DNA from: an uncultured virus (IMG/VR IMGVR_UViG_3300013981_000002)
Lineage: Duplodnaviria > Heunggongvirae > Uroviricota > Caudoviricetes > Autographiviridae
Length of the DNA: 64,000 bases
Virus record (IMG/VR): IMGVR_UViG_3300013981_000002
Direction: 5' to 3' (one strand)
Under the pieces are notes generated by a model that saw only the letters and a program-made list of their open reading frames with translations, was not told where the DNA came from and searched no databases. Made by a program: the position numbers and the translations under genes. Positions 17,815 through 28,580 of this stretch are shown one piece after another. Position 1 is the first letter of the stretch; every line of letters starts with the position of its first letter.

Positions 17815-20800
17815 ATGAGCCTTTACACCCTTACCGTTGACCTCCTGCTGAAGTCGGGCTCGTTTGAGCGCGACAGCGGAAAGGCGTCGCGCGTTGTTCA
17901 GCGCGATATGGCAACTATTCAATCGTCCATGTCGGATGCGGCGAGACGCGGAGCTGATGCGGTTGCGGCCGGCTTCCGTCGCGTTGCGTTCGAGGCTGTG
18001 AACCTTACCTCTGCCCTGGTGGCCGTCAAAGCCGCAGTTGGCAAGGCCGACGAATGGACGAACCTGAACAACCGGTTGCGCTTGGTTACCCAAGGGCAGG
18101 CGCAGTTTGTCGCCGCGCAGGCTGACGTGATCCGGATCGCTGCTGCTGCTCGACAGCCTCTCGGCGCCACCGCGGAGCTGTACCAGCGCATCGCCATGAA
18201 CCAGGAGGCGCTCGGTCTGTCTGGGAGAGACTTGGCACGCGTTGTCGAGACCATCAGCAAAACGATGGTAATCAGCGGCACGTCCGCGGCGGGTGCAGAT
18301 GCCGCCCTCGTGCAGCTCGGTCAGGCGTTTGCCTCTGGCACCCTTCGAGGTGAAGAGCTGAACTCGGTACTCGAGCAGGCGCCAGCCCTGGCCCAGGCCA
18401 TCGCCAAGGGCCTGAACGTACCGATCGGGAAACTGCGTGAACTGGGCGCCGCGGGCAAGTTGTCGTCACAGCAGGTGATCAACGCGTTGCAGAGCCAGGC
18501 TGGCGCTGTGGACGAGGCGTTCGGCAAGATGGATTCCACCGTTGGGCAGGCAATGACGCTGTTCAACAACAACCTGCAGGTCATGATTGGCCGTGCCGAC
18601 GAGGCAACCGGCGCATCCAAGGCGCTTGCAGCCGGCATCGGTGCCCTCGGAAGCAATCTGGAGTTGGTAGCTGTCGCCGGAGCCGCAGTCGCATCTGGAC
18701 CGCTGCTGAAAGCCCTACTGGCGCGGGTCGCTGCGGCCAACGCTGGTATGGCGGCAGATCGGGCCGCAGCGGCTCAGAACTTGGCCGCTGCGCAGCAGCT
18801 CGAGCTGCGGACCCGTGCCGCAATGCTCGATGCGGAGGCGGAGGTGCGCCGCGCGGCAGCGATCGGCGGTAGCGTGTCCGTGAGCAGCAAAGCCGCTGCA
18901 GCGACCCTTGAGCATCGACAGGCCACGCTGCTGCTGGCTCAGGCGCAAACGCAGGCTGCAGCGGCCAACGCCGGCTGGCTTGCGCGTGCTGGATCAGCGA
19001 CGCTTGCCATGCTGGGAGGTCCGGCGGGCATTGTGACCATGTTGGCCACTGCCGCCGCGGGCTGGTTGATCTTCCGCGACAACACGAAGATTGCGTCGGC
19101 TGCGCTGATCGATTTTGGTGGTGCGGCTGACACTGCCATCGAGAAGTTCAAGACCCTCAACGCCCAGATGCAGGCCGGCGAGATCCTTCGACTGCAAAAG
19201 GAGATCGACGAGAACTACCGGACCATCACCAGCTCGATTACGGAGATGGTCGCTGCGGCGACGAATTTTGCCACCGCGAGCCAGGCTTCAGAGTTCATCC
19301 AGGAGACGCAGCGGCTGGATGCCGCCTTTAAGGCCGGCAAGATTGGCGCTGATGAGTTCTCCAATGGTCTGGAGGCGGCATGGCGAGCAATGATCGCTGG
19401 CTCGCCAGCTGCTGCCACCGTGGCCAAGAGCCTCACGGAAGAGACCGCTGCCGCGGCGACTGCTGGCAGGGAGGTCGATCGTAAGCGTGCGATCCTCGAC
19501 GCCTTCACGGGCAGCAGTACTCAGGCGAAGAGCGCAACTGACGCCCTGTCGGGTTCGTTCAACGTTCTGGGAGACTCTGCAGGCGCGGCTGGCAAGCGCA
19601 TCGCGTCGGCAATGCAGTCGCTGCCGGGTCAGCTCGCCCGCGTGGGCAAAAGTGCTGCCGAAGTTGCAAAGCTGGACGTGAACGACTGGTTCAAGGAGGC
19701 CCAAGCCAGCGGCGTCGACTTCTCCAAGCGCGATGACCCCAAGGTCAAGCAGTACATCGAGCAGGGCGCACAGTACATCCGGCTCCAGACGGAGCTGGCC
19801 GCAGCGCAGAAGAACTTCACGGAGTCCCGCAAGGCGTCGGCAGCCGCTGAGCGCGCAGGCGCCAAGGATCGAAAGGCAGACGCGGAAGCGGTCAAGCGCT
19901 ACAACGAGCAGGCTGCAATGGCTGCGGCAACGATGGCCGGGCCGCTGGCCGAGGCCACTGAGCGGCAGAAACAGCTCGAGGACAAACTGAAGGAAGCGCT
20001 GAAGGAAGGGCGCATTGAGCGGGCCGCGTACAACACGCTGGTCCTGGAGTCGCAGAAGGCGTTGGAACAGTCCAGCGCGGAGATCAAGAACGCGCTGGCC
20101 AGCCCCGAGGCGCTCCTTGCGACCATGGATGCCGAGGTCGCCATGCTCGGCAAGGTCGGCCGTGCGCGCGAGCTGTCCCGGCGCGAAATGATGAACGAGC
20201 GGGACATGCGGCAGGAGCTGCAGAAGGCGGTAGAGGCCGCTGGCGGCAAGGAGGCCCTGGCGCTGTCCAAGGGGGCAGCGAGCTACGAGCAGTACGAGAA
20301 GGCCATGCTGGACGCCGCCCGAGCATCGGCCGACCTGTCGCTGCGCGTGGAGGAGGCCGCTGCCAACGTTGAGGCATGGGCCGGCGTGGTCGTCGACGGC
20401 GTCGGCGATGCCGCTGACGCCATGTCCGACTTCGTCGCCAGCGGCATGCGCGACTTCGACAACCTGTGGGACGACCTGAAAGATACCGCCAAGCGCGGGC
20501 TGCGTGACCTGACCCGCGAGTTCCTGCAGCAGAAGATCGTGATCCCGATCCAGACGCAGATCCTCAACGGAATGAACGGGCAGGGCGGTGGCTTGAACCT
20601 GCAGAGTCTGATGGGGTTGTTCGGCGGCAATGGCTCTGCGGCCGGCGGCCAGAACGTGAGCACGGTGGCCGGGCTGCTTTCCAAGGGCCAGGGCCTGTTC
20701 GGGTTCGGCCGTTCCGCCGGGGCCGCAGCGGGAACCCTGACAGGCTTCGGCGACGTGACCAGCATGGCCGGGATGACCGGTTCCAGCTTCTCCGGGTTGA

Positions 20801-22404
20801 TCGGTGGTGGCAGTGCAGGAGCCGGCGCAGGTGCGGCGGGTGCAGGCGCTGCTGGCTCGGCAGCGGCGGCGGTCCCCATCATCGGCTGGATCGTCGCCGG
20901 CATGATGAAGAACGCCCAGTTGTTCGACCAGGGCTGGAACATCGCCAATGGTGAGAGCTGGGCCGGCAAAATCGCCACCGCCGGGGCTGTCGGCTTGGCC
21001 GACAAGGGGTTCCGCGCCTTGGGCTTCAACGACAAAGTCGCGTCGATCCTGTCCGGCTCCAGCATCCACGCGAAGCTGTTCGGTCGGCAGGCTCCCAAGG
21101 TCACCGGGCAGGGCATCACGGGTAGCTATGGCTTCGGCGGATTCGATGGCCAGAGCTATGCCGATATCAAGGCCAAGGGCGGTCTGTTCCGCAGCGACAA
21201 GAAGTGGACGCAGTTCGGCGCGCTGGATCCCGGCATCGATCGCACGTTCGATATGGCCGCGCGCCAGGTCCGGGGCGCTGCAACCGATCTGGCCAAGCAG
21301 CTGGGTGTGGACCTGACCCAGAAGCTCGGCAGCGTGAAGGTGGACCTGGGGAAGCTCCAGTTGTCGGCCGACTCCACTGAGGCCAAGGCGCAGCTGGAGG
21401 CATACCTCAGCGACATGACCAATCGGTTGTACACCGAGGCGGTCAAGGCGGCGGGGTTCGGTGGCCAACTCGACGGCTACTTCGAATCGGCGGACGTCTT
21501 CACCGCGCTCAGTGCGTCGATCGCGCTGGCCGTTGGCAACGCCGATGAGTTGGGCCGGGCGATCAATGGCCTGGAGGTCGACAAGGTCAACAAGGCGGTC
21601 GACTACTTCCAGGATCTAGCCGCCGTCGCCGGCACGGACCTGGCCACCCAGGTGCAGAAGGTGACCGGGCTGCTCGGGAACTACGCCAGCCTCATGGCCG
21701 ACGTGAGCACTCAGCTGATGACGGCCAACCTGACGCAGTACCAGTCGCAGGCACTGTCGATCGAGCGCACGTATCGGCAGCAGGTGAAGTCGGCCAACGA
21801 CTACGCCAAGGCGCTCGGCTTGTCTGGCGCTCGGGCGGAGGACCTGGCCAAGATCGAGGCGCTGCGTGCCACCAACATGGGCAAGCTGCAGGCGCAGATC
21901 GACAAGGACAAGAAGGCCATGCAGTACGGCCTGTCGATCAGTGACCTGTCGCCGCTGACGGACCAGGAGAAGCTGGGCGAAGCGATGAAGGAGCTGGAGC
22001 GGGCGGTGTCCGGTGGCGACACCAGCGCCGCGCAGGCGGCCGCTCAGGCCGCACTGGGCTTCGGACGGAACCTGTACGCCAGCGGGCAGGACTACAACAG
22101 CCTGTATGGCCGGGTCACCGGCCTCATCGATGGCATGAAGGTCGGAGATCTCAACCAGCCTGACGGAACCAGCATGGGTGCGCTGGCCGACGCCATCGAG
22201 GCGTTGCCGGACAACTTCAGCCGGGCCGTGTTCGACCTGGTCGTGAACAACGACGCTCAGACGCAGACCACCGCCGCCATACAGCAGAGCAACGCTCTGC
22301 TCGCCGAACAGAACCAGCTGCTCCGCCAGCTCGTGTCTACCACTACCCAGGGCGTACGCAACGCCAGCAGTTCAGCGCTGCGCGAAGCACTCAACGCGAG
22401 GTAA
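17815..22404 (+). CDS. Tape measure protein (1529 aa)
   Basis: N-terminal tape-measure domain (QLGQAFASGTLRGEELNSVLEQAP), long Ala-rich helical region. Confidence 0.95.
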   Translation: MSLYTLTVDLLLKSGSFERDSGKASRVVQRDMATIQSSMSDAARRGADAVAAGFRRVAFEAVNLTSALVAVKAAVGKADEWTNLNNRLRLVTQGQAQFVAAQADVIRIAAAARQPLGATAELYQRIAMNQEALGLSGRDLARVVETISKTMVISGTSAAGADAALVQLGQAFASGTLRGEELNSVLEQAPALAQAIAKGLNVPIGKLRELGAAGKLSSQQVINALQSQAGAVDEAFGKMDSTVGQAMTLFNNNLQVMIGRADEATGASKALAAGIGALGSNLELVAVAGAAVASGPLLKALLARVAAANAGMAADRAAAAQNLAAAQQLELRTRAAMLDAEAEVRRAAAIGGSVSVSSKAAAATLEHRQATLLLAQAQTQAAAANAGWLARAGSATLAMLGGPAGIVTMLATAAAGWLIFRDNTKIASAALIDFGGAADTAIEKFKTLNAQMQAGEILRLQKEIDENYRTITSSITEMVAAATNFATASQASEFIQETQRLDAAFKAGKIGADEFSNGLEAAWRAMIAGSPAAATVAKSLTEETAAAATAGREVDRKRAILDAFTGSSTQAKSATDALSGSFNVLGDSAGAAGKRIASAMQSLPGQLARVGKSAAEVAKLDVNDWFKEAQASGVDFSKRDDPKVKQYIEQGAQYIRLQTELAAAQKNFTESRKASAAAERAGAKDRKADAEAVKRYNEQAAMAAATMAGPLAEATERQKQLEDKLKEALKEGRIERAAYNTLVLESQKALEQSSAEIKNALASPEALLATMDAEVAMLGKVGRARELSRREMMNERDMRQELQKAVEAAGGKEALALSKGAASYEQYEKAMLDAARASADLSLRVEEAAANVEAWAGVVVDGVGDAADAMSDFVASGMRDFDNLWDDLKDTAKRGLRDLTREFLQQKIVIPIQTQILNGMNGQGGGLNLQSLMGLFGGNGSAAGGQNVSTVAGLLSKGQGLFGFGRSAGAAAGTLTGFGDVTSMAGMTGSSFSGLIGGGSAGAGAGAAGAGAAGSAAAAVPIIGWIVAGMMKNAQLFDQGWNIANGESWAGKIATAGAVGLADKGFRALGFNDKVASILSGSSIHAKLFGRQAPKVTGQGITGSYGFGGFDGQSYADIKAKGGLFRSDKKWTQFGALDPGIDRTFDMAARQVRGAATDLAKQLGVDLTQKLGSVKVDLGKLQLSADSTEAKAQLEAYLSDMTNRLYTEAVKAAGFGGQLDGYFESADVFTALSASIALAVGNADELGRAINGLEVDKVNKAVDYFQDLAAVAGTDLATQVQKVTGLLGNYASLMADVSTQLMTANLTQYQSQALSIERTYRQQVKSANDYAKALGLSGARAEDLAKIEALRATNMGKLQAQIDKDKKAMQYGLSISDLSPLTDQEKLGEAMKELERAVSGGDTSAAQAAAQAALGFGRNLYASGQDYNSLYGRVTGLIDGMKVGDLNQPDGTSMGALADAIEALPDNFSRAVFDLVVNNDAQTQTTAAIQQSNALLAEQNQLLRQLVSTTTQGVRNASSSALREALNAR

Positions 22405-22410
22405 TCAGCA

Positions 22411-25400
22411 ATGCAATCAAGGAAACTCACGCTGGTAGAAATCGGCGTGGGCGGGCTGCCGTCCGCGTCTCCGGTGGCGCCGCGCTTTTCCACGTGGTTC
22501 CCGGTGCCCTTCAAGGCGCCGGACGTGCCGCCGGCGAACGGGGTCAATCCCACGCCGGTAGCCGACGGCGTCGTGCTCGAATGGGACGCCGTCGATCTGG
22601 AGGGCGTGATCTACGTCATCTCGCGCAGCGAGAGCCAGGACGGCCCTTGGACGGAGATTCACCGCACCACCGAGACGCGATACGTCTATAGCGACGGCAG
22701 CGGCAAGACGTGGTGGTTCCAGATCACCCCGACCGTTCGCGGCAAGGCAGGCACCGGAACCGTGGTGGGCGTTGTTCCGCCCACCACTTCGAAGGACCTG
22801 GCCGAACAGCAGGCCAAGCTGGCGGCGGAGATCAGTGCCCGCATCCAAGCGATCGCAGACGAGGCGGCTGCTCGCGCCGCCGGCCTGGCGCAGGCCGCAC
22901 AGGACTTGGTCGCCGAGGCCCTGTTGCGGCAGCAGGGCGTGACCGAAGCCATGCAGGCGATCAGCGCCGAGGCCCAGGCACGGATCGATGCGCTGCTGAA
23001 CGAGAAGATGGCGCGCGAGGCGGCGATCAGCCGCGAGGAGCAGCTGCGGCAGAGCGCCGATGAATCGCTGGCGCGCGCGGTGTCGGAGGTTGCGGCCGGC
23101 AGCGGGACGCAGTTCGACAGCATCAAGCTCTGGCCGTTCAATCAGACCATTGAAGGGTGGACGGGCAACGGTGCGCCAACCCTCGTGGATGGCTGGCTGC
23201 GGCCCGCCAACCATGCCACCGCGCCCTGGGTGCAGTCGCCGGTGGCCTTGGCCGTAGACGGCAGCGCATACCGCTTCGTGAAGCTGCGCGTGAAGCGCGT
23301 GGGCTCGCCGACGTGGAACGGATTGCTCCAGTGGATCACCACCACGGACCAGGCATGGAACACGCAGAAGCGTGTGGCCATCCCGGAACCGGCGTGGGAC
23401 GTGAACGGAGTGGCCACGGTCGACGTGCAGGACATTGCCTGGTGGCCGGCCACAGTCGATGCGATTCGCCTGCAGCTGGGGTCGGCGCAGACCGTCGCCA
23501 ACTACTACCTGATCGACTACATCGCTGTTGGGCGCCCGCAGCCTGGCGCGTCGGTGGCGTTGGTGCAGGAAGAAACCCAGGCGCGCATCACCGCAGATGC
23601 CGCCGAGGCCAACCAGCGCACCGCACTGGCCGTTCAGATGCGAGGCAACTACACCGGAACGGATCCGCTGCAGCTGACAGCTGGCCTGGCCTACGAGGAA
23701 CTGAAAGCCCGAGTGGCTGCCGACTCGGCGCAGGTGCAGCGCATCAGCACGATGGAGGCCCGGATGCCGGCCGGTGCCGGTTCGCTGGCAACTGCTGCAT
23801 CGGTTACGGCGCTGCAGGAGGCGACCGCCACCACCACGAGCGCGCTGGCTCAGTCGATCACCACGATCAACGCCACGCTGCCTGCCATGATCGCGCAGGG
23901 CAGCAACATGGTTCTGAACGGCGGCTGGGATCAGGGCGACAACGTTGGTTGGTCGTACAGCAACATGGCGGGCGTGAGCGTCGTTGCGGAAGGTCGCAAC
24001 GGGAAGTGCCTGAAGGTGACTGCGCCCAGCGGTAGCCGCAGCATGACCGCGAACGGTGCCACGGATCGCAACATTCCTGTGGTCATGGGAAAGAAGTACC
24101 GCATCAGCGCGTACTACAAAACCGATGCGGCATACAACGGCACCAGCGGCAACGGCAAGATTCGTCTCGCCAATCAGGATGACGGTCTGATCGCAGGGCT
24201 GGCATTCGCAGCTAACAAGACCGATTGGACGCGTCTGGAATACGTAGTCGCTGCAACCACGATCAGCGCTATGCGCGTGTACGTTAGCAGCGATCACACC
24301 GCAGGTACGTTGTGGGTTGACGATGTTGTGCTGGAGGAAGTGACCGAGCTGCTGGCGAATGCCCAGGCGATTTCGGACCTCAGCACCAACGTGACGCGGT
24401 TGGGGGACACGGTCACATCTCAGGCCGGTCAGCTGACGGCGCTTCGCAGCGACCTGACCAACGTTTCTGGAAAGACCGACGCCAATGCATCGGCCTTGCA
24501 GAACCTGACCACCCGGGTGACGACGGCTGAGGGCAAGATCGAGTCAACCTCGACCAGCGTCACCAAGCTGCAGAGTGACCTGTCTACGTCGATCCTCAGC
24601 GGGGCCAACCTGATTCAGGACGGAAGCTTTGAGACCCGCAGGGCGGGTGACCCCTACGGTGCAGGCCGCATCACGGACGCATTCGCACGCTCCGGGACCA
24701 AGGCTCTAAGCTTGACCGCAACGGGCGCGATCCGCGATGTGTCTCTGATCGAGTTCCGTACGAACGGCAGCCGGGTGTTCTACGCGGAAGTCTGGGTCCG
24801 TAACGACCCCGCGAACCCGCTGACCATCGGATCCGGTGATGTAACCGTCGGACTGCAGGCCACCATCCGCCGCAACAATGGAACCGTGGGATATCCAAAT
24901 GTCCAGGTAATGCCTGCACAGAACTTAGGCGCGGAGTGGACCAAGTTGTCTGGCTACGTGCTGGTGGGTGACGACGTTTGGAGTTTCATCGTCCGAGCCA
25001 CAATCCGTGGTGGCGTGGCCAGTGGCAACGTGATCTACGACGACGCTTTCGTCATTGACGTTACTGAGGCTTACACCGCCCAGCAGGGCGTTGACGCAAA
25101 CGCATCGGCGGTGCAGGGACTGACCACGCGCGTAACCACTGCAGAGGGCAAGATCACAGCCCAGGCAGACGCGGTGACCGAACTCCAAGCTGGGATCGGC
25201 AGTATCGGCGGTGACAATCTGCTTCCTAACAGCAGCTACGAGGTTTCGGACAGCCCCATTGGGGCACCTATGGGGTACGTTACCGAAGGCACCATGGCGG
25301 CCACTGCGAACAGCTACGTGCCCTCGCCACTGTCAGGTGGAGGTCGAGCTTTCCGCCGTGTTGGCAGGTCCGCGCAGGTGGGCCAGTACATCGGGCTGAC

Positions 25401-26820
25401 TACCCCAAGCAACGCGGGATTCCTGCAGGTAGAGCCTTCAAACGACTACACCCTGTCGACGTACGTCCGGGGAACTCCGGGTGCGATTCTGCGCATGTAC
25501 GTGCAGTGGCGTAACGCGGCGGGCGGAGTAGTGGTAACCACCACCACACCCGATTTCACCACAACCGGTCAGTGGCAGCGGGCGGTTTTTCCTGTCCGAA
25601 CTAACCAGGCGAACGTGGAGACCGCGCGGGTGTTCGTGGGGCGGCTGTTCTCCACTGCGGTATCCGGCGCAACCGCTGAACACTTCATGGAACTGGACAA
25701 CGTGCAGTTCCAAAAGGGAAAGACGGCGACGGAGTGGGCCCCAAGCGGTATGGGGGTCGAGGCGGGGCAGTTGGCAACTGCCACCGCGTTGCAGGGCCTG
25801 ACCGCCACTGTCAACCAGCAGGGCAGCAAGCTGGACGCAACCGCGCAGGACCTGGTGAGCCTGAAGACGCAGGTGGGCGATGTGTCGGCCAGCGGATTCA
25901 ACCAGCTGAAGACCCAGGTCACGCAGCAGGGGCAGACGCAGGCGTCGCAGGCGCAGCAGATCACGGGCATCCAGACGTCGCTTGGTGGGAAGGCGGACGC
26001 CGCGGTTGTTGTGGACATGCAGGCGCAGGTGAAGAACCTCGGCGAATCCGGCAACCTGCTGATGAACACCACGTTCCCGTTCCGCCAACGGACTGGCTGG
26101 GGCTGGGGTGAGAACCCCGGTAACGGGTGGACCGAGCTTGGTAGTAGCGGCGCCGATGTGTACGATCCGGCCGGCATGTTCGGGTTGTCTGCGCGTTTCC
26201 AGGGAACCCTCGGGCAGAGTGGCTTCGGCTGGTTTGGCACCGAGTACGACATTCCTGTGGAGCCCGGCAAGTTCTACTGCGCCTCTGCTTGGATCAACAC
26301 GCACCGCTGCGACGCCGCCGTGGAGTACAGCTTCTATGGGGCTGACGGTGGGCGTGTGGGTATTGCCCAGAGCCCGTGGACCGGGGCAGTGAATGCACAG
26401 GCAGGCCAGACTCTGGCTGCTATGAAACGCCCGTTCGCCATCGTGAAGGCCCCTGCTACTGCGGTGAAGGCCCGTTTTCGCATCCTGCTGCGCGGTCTGA
26501 GTACGGCTGAGGCGAACCCTTACGTGTGGCTGTACCGGCCGATGGTTAGCATCGTGGCTGAAGGTGCCACCCAGCCCCCGCAGTGGAGCGCCGGTGGTAC
26601 GGAGAGCAGCGCGTCCTGGGGCGTGAATGTTCGTGCTGACGGAAAGATCGGAGGCATCCAGCTGGCATCCAACGGGGTGATGTCCGCGTTCGACGTGGTG
26701 GCCGACATATTCCGCGTGTCGTCGCCTTCGGGTGGCCAGCGCACGGAGTACAGCGACGGGCACTGGCGCACCTACTACCCGAACGGGCAGCTCGCCACGC
26801 GCATGGGCTGGTGGCAGTAG
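22411..26820 (+). CDS. Central tail fibre / host-specificity protein (FN3-like, coiled coils, CBM-like modules, DUF1983-like end)
   Basis: Modules starting NMVLNGGWD, NLIQDGSFE, NLLPNSSYE, NLLMNTTF separated by coiled-coil repeats; C-terminal GKIGGIQL..FDVVADIFRV. Confidence 0.85.
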   Translation: MQSRKLTLVEIGVGGLPSASPVAPRFSTWFPVPFKAPDVPPANGVNPTPVADGVVLEWDAVDLEGVIYVISRSESQDGPWTEIHRTTETRYVYSDGSGKTWWFQITPTVRGKAGTGTVVGVVPPTTSKDLAEQQAKLAAEISARIQAIADEAAARAAGLAQAAQDLVAEALLRQQGVTEAMQAISAEAQARIDALLNEKMAREAAISREEQLRQSADESLARAVSEVAAGSGTQFDSIKLWPFNQTIEGWTGNGAPTLVDGWLRPANHATAPWVQSPVALAVDGSAYRFVKLRVKRVGSPTWNGLLQWITTTDQAWNTQKRVAIPEPAWDVNGVATVDVQDIAWWPATVDAIRLQLGSAQTVANYYLIDYIAVGRPQPGASVALVQEETQARITADAAEANQRTALAVQMRGNYTGTDPLQLTAGLAYEELKARVAADSAQVQRISTMEARMPAGAGSLATAASVTALQEATATTTSALAQSITTINATLPAMIAQGSNMVLNGGWDQGDNVGWSYSNMAGVSVVAEGRNGKCLKVTAPSGSRSMTANGATDRNIPVVMGKKYRISAYYKTDAAYNGTSGNGKIRLANQDDGLIAGLAFAANKTDWTRLEYVVAATTISAMRVYVSSDHTAGTLWVDDVVLEEVTELLANAQAISDLSTNVTRLGDTVTSQAGQLTALRSDLTNVSGKTDANASALQNLTTRVTTAEGKIESTSTSVTKLQSDLSTSILSGANLIQDGSFETRRAGDPYGAGRITDAFARSGTKALSLTATGAIRDVSLIEFRTNGSRVFYAEVWVRNDPANPLTIGSGDVTVGLQATIRRNNGTVGYPNVQVMPAQNLGAEWTKLSGYVLVGDDVWSFIVRATIRGGVASGNVIYDDAFVIDVTEAYTAQQGVDANASAVQGLTTRVTTAEGKITAQADAVTELQAGIGSIGGDNLLPNSSYEVSDSPIGAPMGYVTEGTMAATANSYVPSPLSGGGRAFRRVGRSAQVGQYIGLTTPSNAGFLQVEPSNDYTLSTYVRGTPGAILRMYVQWRNAAGGVVVTTTTPDFTTTGQWQRAVFPVRTNQANVETARVFVGRLFSTAVSGATAEHFMELDNVQFQKGKTATEWAPSGMGVEAGQLATATALQGLTATVNQQGSKLDATAQDLVSLKTQVGDVSASGFNQLKTQVTQQGQTQASQAQQITGIQTSLGGKADAAVVVDMQAQVKNLGESGNLLMNTTFPFRQRTGWGWGENPGNGWTELGSSGADVYDPAGMFGLSARFQGTLGQSGFGWFGTEYDIPVEPGKFYCASAWINTHRCDAAVEYSFYGADGGRVGIAQSPWTGAVNAQAGQTLAAMKRPFAIVKAPATAVKARFRILLRGLSTAEANPYVWLYRPMVSIVAEGATQPPQWSAGGTESSASWGVNVRADGKIGGIQLASNGVMSAFDVVADIFRVSSPSGGQRTEYSDGHWRTYYPNGQLATRMGWWQ

Positions 26821-26871
26821 CAAAGGGCGGGAGGCGCCAAGGCCCTCCCGCCAATCATTAGGGAGTATCGC

Positions 26872-27171
26872 ATGCCGGCAGGCATCCAGACCTTCAATCT
26901 CGACGGGTCGCTGGAGATCGACTACACGACCCGCTTGGGGCTTTTCATCGGCACGATTCAGACCGACTCCGTGCACGGCAATTCGACGTGGGTAGGGCCG
27001 CTGCCACCTGGGGATTTCCTCTTCTACGTGGTGCCTCCGCCTGCGCAGCCTGGCCGCACGCCAACCGTCTGGTACTCGGATGGCCGGGTCTACTGGGGAA
27101 CGGATGTGGATGCCAACGGGCAACCAGTCTTCTCCCTGGTCCCTGCAACTGTGCTGTACGGAGTGCACTGA
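26872..27171 (+). CDS. Small tail-tip-associated protein
   Basis: MPAGIQTFNLDGSLEID..., typical post-fibre gene. Confidence 0.7.
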   Translation: MPAGIQTFNLDGSLEIDYTTRLGLFIGTIQTDSVHGNSTWVGPLPPGDFLFYVVPPPAQPGRTPTVWYSDGRVYWGTDVDANGQPVFSLVPATVLYGVH

Positions 27172-27172
27172 T

Positions 27173-27856
27173 ATGCCAGCAGGCTTTGAGGCGTACACCC
27201 CATCTGGAACAGTGCAGGTCCGCAGCGACCTGCTCAACTTCCACCTGCGCCACAAGTTCGATATCAACGAGGCGGGCGCCGTTGCCTACCAGGTGTCGGG
27301 GATCGTAGTAACCCGGTACGTCACGCGTGACTTTCAAGCCAAGAGCCCGGTGGTTGCCGTCACGGGTCCGAACAACAACTTCGGGCTCAGCGTGATTCTG
27401 ACCAATCTCGGCGGCAACAACTGGCGCGTGTCAGCCTACACGGGCTCATCGATTGTGTTCGGCACGGTGTGGGTATACGACTCGGTTGTGACTGGAACGC
27501 CGGGCAAGACCGGCATCGAGGTCTACCGAGAGCACACCGGCGAGCTGGCTTTCGCTTCTTGGGCAAAGCCCCTTCGGATCGTAGGCGTGACAACTGCCCC
27601 GTTCGGGGCGGCGGAGGGCGCCTACATGCAAGTCCCGGCCGGTCGGCGCTACGCGGTGATCTCGTCTCGTTCGTGCCAGCGGATCGAGCGTGGTGTGGGG
27701 TTCCGGTTGACCGGGCCGCAGGGCGATGGAACGGGCGCAGCGGGGTCGGGACGCTTCTACTATGCCGGCGCGACTGCCCTGATACCGCAGTCAGACAACG
27801 CCACGCAGTTCAGTGCATCCGGCCACTTCGTGCTGATCGACGTGACCGGGCATTGA
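27173..27856 (+). CDS. Tail-tip-associated protein
   Basis: MPAGFEAY..., internal GIEVY..GELAF repeat, ends LIDVTGH. Confidence 0.7.
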   Translation: MPAGFEAYTPSGTVQVRSDLLNFHLRHKFDINEAGAVAYQVSGIVVTRYVTRDFQAKSPVVAVTGPNNNFGLSVILTNLGGNNWRVSAYTGSSIVFGTVWVYDSVVTGTPGKTGIEVYREHTGELAFASWAKPLRIVGVTTAPFGAAEGAYMQVPAGRRYAVISSRSCQRIERGVGFRLTGPQGDGTGAAGSGRFYYAGATALIPQSDNATQFSASGHFVLIDVTGH

Positions 27857-27908
27857 ACTTCGTAAAGGCAGCGTCCAGCCGCAGGTTCCGTCGTGCTTCG
27901 GTTGAACG

Positions 27909-28574
27909 CTATGCCACGGGTTGTAGTAGATCCTCGCGGTTGTTCCGCGGCGTGTTCACCGCCCGGGTGACCCGATAGGCTTCCATCGCCGGCGGCTCGC
28001 TGGCCAGCAGCATCGCCATCGCATCGTCCGGACTAGCGGCCATCCACTCATCGATCTGGCCGGCATGCAGCCACACCGGCATGCGGTCGTGAATGTCGGC
28101 CGAGACGCCGCTGCTGTCGCCGGTGATGATGGTGAAGGTGCCCAGATTGCCCTCGGGCAGCAGGGGACTGGTGTCCTCCCACAGGCCAGCGGCCAGCAGT
28201 GGCCCGGTGGCGTGGATGAACCAGGGGTCCTTCTTCTCGTCGATCGGGCTCACCGACCACTCGTAGTAGCCGGCCATCGGAATCACGCAGCGGCGCTTCT
28301 TGAAGGCCGACCGGAACGCCGGCTTGGTGGCCACCGTCTCGATTCGGGCGTTGATGGTCGAGCCCTGCAGGCCCTTGGCCTTGGCCCAAAACGGTAGCAG
28401 CCCCCACGCCAAGCGGGTGACCTGCCGGCCTTCGCCCCGGTCCAGGATTACCGAGGCCCGCTGTGTCGGCGCGAGGTTGTAGCTGGGCTGGATCTCGGCC
28501 AGGCCGGGGGCAACGTCAGCCAGCCCCGGCTGGCCGAAGTCGACAACGGGCAGCTGGACGAATCGGCCGCACAT
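27909..28574 (-). CDS. yedK: SOS response-associated peptidase (SRAP/HMCES family, abasic-site protecting)
   Basis: MCGRF N-terminus, YNLAPTQ, INARIET, YYEW, IHDRMPV. Confidence 0.95.
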   Translation of the reverse strand: MCGRFVQLPVVDFGQPGLADVAPGLAEIQPSYNLAPTQRASVILDRGEGRQVTRLAWGLLPFWAKAKGLQGSTINARIETVATKPAFRSAFKKRRCVIPMAGYYEWSVSPIDEKKDPWFIHATGPLLAAGLWEDTSPLLPEGNLGTFTIITGDSSGVSADIHDRMPVWLHAGQIDEWMAASPDDAMAMLLASEPPAMEAYRVTRAVNTPRNNREDLLQPVA

Positions 28575-28580
28575 GGCAAG

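Noticed and set aside
19288..24297. Long antisense ORFs (e.g. 19288..21468, 22417..24297; also 5407..6693, 25438..27267, 52640..54472)
   Set aside because: Shadow ORFs opposite well-supported genes; expected from high-GC codon bias; no protein motifs
22411..27856. Diversity-generating retroelement or invertible fibre cassette
   Set aside because: No reverse transcriptase, invertase, TR/VR pair or inverted recombination sites seen in the window
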